Positions 54,667 through 64,000 of a stretch of DNA of 64,000 nucleotides are shown one piece after another (position 1 is the first letter of the stretch; every line of letters starts with the position of its first letter). Source of the DNA: Pecten maximus (taxonomy: Eukaryota). Made by a program: the position numbers and the translations under genes. The stretch lies in assembly GCF_902652985.1 (NCBI RefSeq), contig NC_047022.1, positions 16,926,001 to 16,990,000 on the forward strand, read 5' to 3'. The notes below the pieces were generated by a model. That model was not told the origin of the DNA. It worked only from the letters and a program-made list of their open reading frames with translations, and ran no database searches.

Positions 54667-55056
54667 TTTATACCACACGTGGTATAAACTCTGTACGCAT
54701 TTTGATTGGCTAACACGGTGAACTTTGACCCAAGCTGCAATTATTATTGACGTCATCAATAATCTAATGACGTCACATCACCGGGTCCCGGATGTCACCG
54801 GTACACTTTTTATTTGCATAGGCGAAATTATACTTGGCTACGTTTCCCTTTGATTCAAGCCGATATTATTGTGGTAGAAACAGGTCACACGACTCGAAAT
54901 TGTTGGATATGGAATTTATTTCACACTCGTAAGTTATCTTTTAAAAGTTGCAAAAAACACTCGCTAAAGCTCGTGTCTTTTGTAACTTTTAAAAAATAAC
55001 TTACTCGTGTGAAATAAATTCCATATCCAACAACCACTCGTTGTGTAACCTCTATA
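54667..55056. mobile_element. Non-autonomous element with 5' short hairpin and 3' pseudo-palindrome of about 170 bp
   Basis: Hairpin TTTATACCAC-AC-GTGGTATAAA at 54667. Long inverted repeat at about 54883-55050 with centre CAC-TC-GCT-AA-AGC-TC-GTG. Confidence 0.65.
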
Positions 55057-57789
55057 TATACAATAGTAAGTGTGATTACTTTAATTGGATACTTTTAGTT
55101 ATCATACATTTATTCACATCCTACCAGATTAATAACAGAAAATAGATTTTTATATTCCTGTTCACAAGGGGAGACTGGGTGATACGTTCTTACCCACAAA
55201 AACAAATATCTCTATACTAAGCAGCTTATTTTTAGTTTGATATCTGATAGAAATATTTCCATGATTATCAACAGTGAAGACCAAATGAAGCATTTTGATT
55301 GGTCAAAAAATAAATACAATGTATTTAGACTACACAAGTTGATACACAAGTTGATTATTGGATTGTGATAATCCCATTTGCATCAAATACCTGTCTTTTT
55401 ATACCAATAAAAATCTATAGTGTGGCACACCAGAAAGAAAAGTTGGAAGACCAGAAAGAAAAATTGGAAATCTTATGAACTATTATTTAGGAACCTGCAA
55501 GATCTGCATTACTTCAATTATAATTATATAATCATACCAACACTCCTAGAAATGAAAATGTAGACCCATTGTAACAGATCAATGTCTGGATTCTATAGTC
55601 TTTAGCAGTTACGTTATCGTGCTAAGTAAGCTAGCAATCATTTGGACCATAATCGAAAATATTTGCATTCAGAGGGTCAAAAAAAGATTTTGACAATAAT
55701 TTTTTTTTAGGAGATTCCAAATGCTTTGTCGATAAAGAAATAATATCGGTATATATCATATATTTGCATTTACATTGGTGCATACAAAGTAGAATATACC
55801 TACATGATAAAAAGTACAAAACACTCCTTATATACATAACATTACAATCTTGCTGAAAGTTTATTTGATTATTAGTCTTTATTTGCTGCTTCATATGTTG
55901 ATAGTCTATTTAGAAAAGTTTTGAAAACTTAAGTGAAAAGGTGATATTTTATTTCTTGTCACAGTAATTCATCTGATTATCTCCCCTGCATCACTAACTA
56001 CAAGAATATAATGGATTGTAGATAAGTTAAAGAAGATATGGTTGCTTTATAGAGAACTCCTAAAATCTCTCTCAAAATTCTGAAATAAAATTTTCTACAT
56101 CTGATATTCATGTACTGACATTCATAATTTGAGGCAGGAAATGCAGTTTTGATTATGAATCTGAAATGAGGCATCAAGTAAATTTTGAAAATACAATACT
56201 CTCTTTCATACCAAATTACAAAAGGGACATAAATACTCAAATTGTTAAGTTTTGCTTGTGAGTGATGTGGTTTTACATCTTGTTATGTTTACAGAGTAAA
56301 CATTTACTTGGCTGATAACATGTAGAAGTAAGAGTATGTATAATGGATCAGTTGATATTTTAAATTCTTGCCGTGTGTCTAAATCATATATGAATCCCTT
56401 TATAAGTCTTATATAAGGTTTATGCAGGGACTTATCTAGGGCTTCTCATGAGATTATATTTGCCCATAATTCCTTGTCATCTCAATCTTATTTCCTAAAC
56501 AGTTTTCCCCAAGTAGAATAACTTTCATTTTTTTGTCAATTGAATGTTCAAGCATTCATCTATTCCGCTTTTTCTGTTTTTTAAACCGTCTATGCATTAT
56601 GGTGCAGTTTAAGTAATGATGTTAAAAAACAGAGAACTATATTGACAATAACTTTTGTCTTTATACCTGATTTGTACAACCAACCACTAAAATTACCAAA
56701 ATCGTCGAAAATGCAGCAAAATTTCACAATTTTAGGTCTTGGGGTCCATCCCCCCCCCCCAACACACACACACAAAAAAAAAAGGGGGGGGGGGGGGGAG
56801 GGTAGATAAGTCCATGTTTGCAATGATGTATGTCATACGATGTAACACATGGGAATTTCGAGATTTATATACATGAACACTTAAAAGACCCTGTGAATTT
56901 TAGATAATGATAGGACAAACTGATTTGCATTTGTACTGGCAGATATACTTTATTATATTTTGTGTAATACTTATGTGATAATTATCATTTTTTAACGAAT
57001 ACTACGTTTGTAAAAACACATATATCTTGATGAAATGAAATATTTTGTACATTTATCAGTTTTGTATACACATATAAGGTATCAATCTAAATAAATTTGC
57101 ATGCAAATGTATTCTGATGTTTTAACAAAACAAAACTGACTCTTTTGTTGCTTATGCACAATTGAAGGAAGATGTACCAGATAATGAAATTCATCATATT
57201 GCAATTTTTTTTAAAGCTAAAGGAAATTATATCTGTATAGGTTTATAGGTAACCCCAAGTTGTCATCTTTTAAAAGTCTATTACTAACTAATTATAATTT
57301 CAAACATTTATGTTGCCCTTAAAACTTTTAAGTATGTTATTCATTTTTTTATGACGCTCAAAATTTGTTGATTATTATTTAAGGGAAAGAAAAAAGCTAA
57401 GTACTGTTTTGTGGGCACTTGGGTTCCTGGATTAATTGTGTCCACGAAAGCTAATATTTAAAGCCCATGTCAAATAGTTCAAAAATACGTTGGCGTACAA
57501 GTTTGAAATAAGGTATTTAAATAAATCAATGAAAATAAAAACCCTTCAATAAATTATGATTTTACAGTATGTATATGTCATGCACATTTTCATATATATT
57601 CAATATCTTATTGTACTTTTCTTAGATACTGTCTCAGTGAAGCGAGAGAATATTTTGGTACTGATGTATGATGGGTACTGATCGTTGTATTTTTGGTCCA
57701 GTTCTTCCTAATTGATTGATGAATGCTGATTGATTACATAAGACTGGGAGGTTAGCAATGATTACGTAAGACTGGGATGTTAACAATCG

Positions 57790-58700
57790 CTTGAAAGTGA
57801 ATGCTGATTGAATAGAAAGGATTGGGAAGCTAGCAATCGCTATAAGTGAATGCTGATTGAATAGAAAGGATTGGGAAGCTAGCAATTGCTATAAGTGAAT
57901 GCTGATTGAATAGAAAGGATTGGGAAGCTAGCAATTGCTATAAGTGAATGCTGATTGAATAGAAAGGATTGGGAAAGGCTAGCAATCGCTCAGAATGTGA
58001 ATGCTGATTGAATATGAAAGGATTGGGAAGCTAGCAATCTGCTATAAGTGAATGCTGATTGAATAGAAAGGATTGGGAAGCTAGCAATCGCTATAAGTGA
58101 ATGCTGATTGAATAGAAAGGATTGGGAAGCTAGCAATTGCTATAAGTGAATGCTGATTGAATAGAAAGGATTGGGAAGCTAGCAATTGCTATAAGTGAAT
58201 GCTGATTGAATAGAAAGGATTGGGAAGCTAGCAATCGCTATAAGTGAATGCTGATTGAATAGAAAGGATTGGGAAGCTAGCAATTGCTATAAGTGAATGC
58301 TGATTGAATAGAAAGGATTGGGAAGCTAGCAATTGCTATAAGTGAATGCTGATTGAATAGAAAGGACTGTGAAGCTAGCAATCGCTATAAGTGAATGCTG
58401 ATTGAATAGAAAGGATTGGGAAGCTAGCAATTGCTATAAGTGAATGCTGATTGAATAGAAAGGATTGGGAAGCTAGCAATTGCTATAAGTGAATGCTGAT
58501 TGAATAGAAAGGATTGGGAAGCTAGCAATCGCTATAAGTGAATGCTGATTGAATAGAAAGGATTGGGAAGCTAGCAATTGCTATAAGTGAATGCTGATTG
58601 AATAGAAAGGATTGGGAAGCTAGCAATTGCTATAAGTGAATGCTGACTGAATAGAAAGGTTGGGAAGCTAGCAATCGTTATAAGTGAATGCTGATTGATT
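57790..58700. repeat. 49-bp minisatellite, about 18 copies, with degenerate flanks 57715-58880
   Basis: Unit AAGTGAATGCTGATTGAATAGAAAGGATTGGGAAGCTAGCAAT(T/C)GCTAT. Confidence 0.95.
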
Positions 58701-59315
58701 TCATAAGACTGGGAGATTTAGCATTATTGAAAGTGAATACTGATTGATTACAAAGGATTGGGAGATCATCAATCATTATAAGTGGATGCTGATTGATTAC
58801 AAAAGACTGAGAGGTTAGCAATCATTGTAAGTGAATCCTGATTGGTTTCATTAGACAGAGGAGGTTAAAAATCATTGTAAAGTGATAAATCACATCAAAT
58901 AAGGTTTTCATGGGATATTGCAACACATCTTTGTACATTTCCCCCTACTTATAAAGCCTTTTGGCGAAATAATTTATCGGTCATCAACAGATGTAAGAAC
59001 GATATGCACCTTTGTCGATTTTACTCTTCACATTTTCTAAGAGATATGTTATGGTATGGTGTGATTTTTGAGTCTTTATACTCGAAACATATCCCATGGG
59101 GCATTTTACTTGCTCTTCTTTCTATACTAGATTGTAAAGGATCTGAGATATGCTATTTTCCAACAATATTTTTAAGTCATCGTTCGATTGACTTATAAAT
59201 GCTGATATTTTGTTTTTGTTTCACTTCTGTTTTAACATCTTCATATTTTTCCGTATAATTTTTGATCCCATAAAACTATTTGTTTGGCGTTGTAATGACC
59301 TTTTAAAAGTCATGA

Positions 59316-60218
59316 TTTTTAGCTCACCTGGACCTGAGGGGCCAAAGGGGCGGGGCCCAATAGGGGAAATAGAAGTAATTCCTTTAAATCGTTAATAGTC
59401 ATAAAGTTATGAATGGATTGGAACCTAATTTGGTCAGAAACATCCTTAAGGAAGGGGAACAAACTTTGCATAAATGGTGACTCTGACCACCGGGAGGCCA
59501 AATGGGCTGGGCCAAATAGGGGAAACAGAGGTAATATCTTTGAATCGCTTCTAGTCATAAAGTTATGAATGGATTTGACCCCAATTTCGTCAGAAACATC
59601 CTTGGGGGAAGGGGAACAGATATTGCATAAATGGTGACTCTGACCCCCGAGGGGCCAAATGGGCAGGGCCAAATAGGGGAAATAGAGGTAATTCCTCTAA
59701 ATCGCTACTAGTCATTAAGTTATGAATGGATTTGAACCCGATTTAGTCAGAAATATCCTTGGGGAAGGGGAACAGATTTTGTATAAATGGTGACTCTGAC
59801 TCCAAGGGGCCAAAGGGCGAGCCCAATAGGGGAAATAGAGGTAATGCCTTTAAATCCTACTTGTCATAAAGTTATGAATGGATTTGAACTCGATTTAGTC
59901 AGAAACATCCTTGGGGGAAGGGGAACAGATTTTGAACAAATGGTGACTCTGACCCCTAAAGGGCCAAAGGGGCAGAGCCCAATAGGGGAAATAAACATAA
60001 TTCATCTAAATCTCTATTAGTCATAAAGTGATGAATGCAGGTTCTAAAAACAATTCTTGAGATCTTTCAGACCTTAGAGAGTCTGGACTTCATTATTTCT
60101 TTAAAGCAGTTGGGATCCCCACAGTATATACAGATAAAACGAATTGAACATGAACATTATTTTGACATTTGGTCTAATCCAACCAGGTGAGCGATACAGG
60201 CCCCATGGGCCTCTTTTT
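59316..60218 (-). mobile_element. Non-autonomous Helentron/HINE carrying a tandem array of about 155-bp units
   Basis: TTTTTAGCTCACCTGG ... CCAGGTGAGC subterminal IRs and terminal hairpin AGGCCC-CAT-GGGCCT. About 4.5 units, with GGTGACTCTGAC at about 59476, 59633, 59789 and 59942. Confidence 0.8.
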
Positions 60219-61973
60219 TGTTTGACTCCTCATTTTGTGTTATCCTTACCAAGGTGTATGGGCGGTGCTGGGTAAAGGTTTGTGGTTATATGTTGTTATG
60301 ATATTTCTTTGGTTGAAAACCATATATTCTAACATTGTTCTTGCTAGAAAAATATTATTTAACTACTTGTATCAAATTGTATTCGCTGGTAATGATTTAT
60401 TGAGCTTTAATCAGCCACTTTACTACTACCAAAATATCAATATACTATTTTTACTCTCGATATCATGTCATACGAGGCTTCGGTTTGGCTAAAATTATAT
60501 AGGTATGGAAACATCCTTTCCTTACTTTCCGTTTACTGAAGACAATGACACTGGTTTTAGAAATCCACCTTTACATCAGTTGTAACTGTGATTTAGTTGC
60601 GGTTTTAGATGCTACCAATTATGAACATTATGAATTTGATATCGAGTAATATAGTTATAAAAAATCAATATGAATTAGAATTTAATACATTGGGAACTGA
60701 CTTTCACGTTAAATTGTCATGATCTTGTTACTATGAACAAGCTAGGATCACAATAAAGACAGTACAGCTTATTTTACTATTATGTAAGACACTTGATAAC
60801 GTTTATACCAGGAAACTGCGATGCTCATTTGTGTTAGTGGAGTATATCGTGTTATTGGATAGAGGGATGTTTTAGACGTGTTTACCATTATATAACTATA
60901 CCCATGCTAAGTGTGTGTTGTTTGGTTCCTTTACGTCTATACTCCAGGCTGATATTCAATCAGTTACATTTTATTGTATTTGATTTTAAAAGAAAGATCA
61001 TACGGCTTCCTTTTGTTATATGTTTCAAACGACGAACTCGCTGTCCAAAGAGAATTAGTTTGATTAATAAAAAATTGATATCAGTATTGTTCTTGTTTAT
61101 TTTCGTTTATTTTGTTTTGGTTTTATTTTGACGCTGATGTCGCCTTTGAATTTGGGGAAAAGTCACTGTCGAAATTAGGTAAACAATTTCCTTGCATCAG
61201 GTAAAGCTCAAATAGCATGTTGTATTGGTATACTGGCAATGTTGTATCACACATGATATATATGTCTGCAACCTAGATTGTATGGTTCAGCGAAATACAT
61301 TTCACGGTTCAGCGACCTAGGTCATCTCTGACTTAAATTTCGTTAACGATATCTCCATTAGAAGGCTTATAAAGCTGGTCTGCTGTCACTTCTGAAAGTA
61401 GCTACTAGGAGATTACTGTAACCTAATTTGCATGCTTCAGTGACGCAGACAGTTCCCGGACTAATCTTAATTTGTTGAGAAGGTATCGGAAACTAAGTGG
61501 TCTCCAGGTATTCTGATTACCTCAGATATTGACGAGCACGCACTCGGTAATCAAAGCTGACAAGGTGTTTTGTAATGAGATCAAAATTGCATCACAAGAC
61601 TTTCACAAACTGTAGAGAATTAATAGATGTAAACGATACAATATAGGTGATGGTAACCTAATTTCTATGACTCGGATAATTCTTCTGTGAACTTTTTTAT
61701 CTGTGCTATTTTAATTTGAAAACAATTGATATTGACAAATAAAACATGAAATTCGATTGATTCAAGTTCCTTTTTCTAATAATTCTCTTTTCATTTAACG
61801 GTCTGTTTGTATTGTTCTTTTTTTGCGAACATACCTACAAATTTCCAAACATGTATGGTCAAAAACGCAGATGTAATAAAACAGCCATACCAATACTTGT
61901 GATTTATTGTGTGAAAATGATCATTGTAATCGATGTCCACATCAATACCTTATTAACGACAAAATGTAAAACA

Positions 61974-62194
61974 TGTGGCCGAGTGGTTAAGGTGTACCGA
62001 CACTTTATCACTAGCCCTCCACCACTGGGTTGCGAGTTCAAAACCTACGTAGGGCAGTTGCTAGGTACTGACCCTAGGTCGGTGGATTTTCTCCGGGTAC
62101 TCCGGCTTTCCTCCACCTCCAAAACCTGGCACGTCCTTAAATGACCCTGGCTGTTAATAGGACGTTAAACAAAAACAAACCAAACCAAACCAAA
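61974..62194 (+). mobile_element. tRNA-derived V-domain SINE, copy 3
   Basis: Same family; tail (AAACC)n. Confidence 0.85.
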
Positions 62195-64000
62195 CGTGTT
62201 TATAACGAATTCCACTGAATCATAGAAACTAATTCTATGTCAAATTCCCGATTTTGATTTATTTCGTAATATGCAGAAATTCGCATCAAAGATGTTCGTC
62301 TTAAGGAATTTTTACTGTACTGCTTATTAATTGCTTGCTAACATTTAATCTTAATTTATCCAGAAATATTAAAATTCCAAACTTATCAAAATCTATACGG
62401 GTCCAAATGTAAACATCATAATACTGTGTAACGTGAAATATTCGTTGTGTACAATTTTTCGTGATTCCTATGGAACCACGAATTTAAAAACAACGAATAA
62501 TGTTATATGTATTATTGAGTTATTGTTGCGTGGGGTTACCTCGAAAGGTTATACGGTACCTACGAAATAATTTCAAAGTATACGAAAACATTTCATGTTA
62601 CACAACATCAAAAATATTCGTTATAATTAATCAAGGATGCAACTTAAAGTAGATACGAGAGCATATATATGACAGCCAGTTGAAATGTCGTGTCTGATGT
62701 TATATTCTCTGTTAACTTAATCATACCATATAAATGTAAATATAATGTAAATAGAATGTAAAACCACTGAGGTATAGACGGAACAAGAGCAATCAGGCAC
62801 AGGTAAATCCGGCTACACATTCAGAAGTGCACATGCAATTGAATATTTATCAAATGATATTCCGTCCCATCGCAAAATTGCGACAAGTTCGTATACATTT
62901 GCATTAAGTGAAGATACATCTCATCATTAGCATTAGTGATGCTCTGTGTGTCTGCAATGCGTTTTATCAGACAAAAGAATCATTTATAAAATGAAATATT
63001 AATTTGTAATGCGTGTTATCAGGTATCGTACTATAAAGTAAAACCTTCAAACATTAAACAGAAACATTATTTGTCAAATGAACTGATTTGTTTATAATAT
63101 TTACTCGTATCTTCACACATATTTCGAATGAAACGAAATCTTTTATAATTAACTTCTTTGATATTGGAACTAATCTATGCTTTGATTTTGTGACATAGAT
63201 AATCTAAATGGTCTATTTCATCCTTGCTATGTAAAGACCATCTCTGGAATCAGAGATTCAGTAGAAGGAAGTGTGTTGTAACTCATTGCAAGGAAAGAAG
63301 AGAATATTTGCGCCAAAATCATAGATATTTTTTTCGTTGTAGTTGAATCATCCAGGTGATGAACGCAGGTCCTCTGGACCTTTTATGAGGACGGATAATG
63401 TCTCGCCCATAGCTCGTCAGAAAAGATCGCCAATTATATCTCGTCATTCTTAAATTCTATAAACTATTTCGTAATGTATCTGACACATCATATTTACCTT
63501 CATACTTTTGTTAATGTAAAAATATGTGTGGCTTTTAACGTGACATGTAGGTAAGGAAATATATTACGCCGTAGGCGCGACGGAGAATCCAATGACGTCA
63601 AAGTCAATGGGTTTTATCCAGAAGTTCCGGTTATACATTCTGCTGTCGCTTTACGTCATACTATTACACAGTAAAATCTACGATGTCTGTAATATTCATG
63701 AAGCTTTATCGGTGACGTTTTACCATGGCATACACTTTTATTGTACAGCTCTCTCGAAATAATTAATTGCGACATAACAATCGCAACGTTTGTAATATTA
63801 CAGTGACATCTTAATTCAAAGGTCAAATTAATATGACGTAAAGGTGGTCAGCTGATAAGCAGCACATGAGCATTTGATTAATAGACCGGCTTTACTAATA
63901 ACAATATGAACATTTTCCTCTTTGCTTGACAATACTAGATTACATTTGTCTACATAGAGCAGTAAAACAAAAGAAGGAAAAGAAAATAGACAAAAGAAAA

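Noticed and set aside
51480-58880. Tandem arrays as CRISPR-like loci
   Set aside because: Head-to-tail units with no unique spacers, no cas genes, and a eukaryotic context.

Overview
AT-rich, intron-rich animal DNA. The repeat content (V-domain tRNA-SINEs, Helentron/HINE elements with satellite arrays, CR1 LINEs) points to a bivalve mollusc; this is an inference. I reconstructed three spliced genes by hand from GT-AG sites and codon phase. (1) A 6-exon retinol dehydrogenase-like SDR (minus, 5711-12502, 341 aa). (2) A 27-exon DUF4062-NACHT-WD40 gene of NWD1/NWD2 type (minus, 19289-39499, plus a candidate first exon at 41994-42016, about 1658 codons); it is in frame throughout except for one TGA at 34661-34663, between the N-terminal domain and the NACHT domain. 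(3) A 2-exon capless HAD-superfamily phosphatase (plus, 46339-48605, 194 aa). The most unusual non-coding structure is a 383-bp miniature LTR retrotransposon in the HAD intron. Each of its LTRs holds a tRNA-Thr(AGT)-like Pol III unit, and it has a PBS, a PPT and a 4-bp TSD. One LTR carries a TA-to-TACATGTA change resembling a transposon excision footprint, and that octamer is common across the window. Also present: several palindromic MITEs with TSDs, two pseudo-palindromes with systematic TC/TC mismatches, dead CR1 fragments, and mini- and microsatellites. All coordinates were read by eye; no database searches were run.
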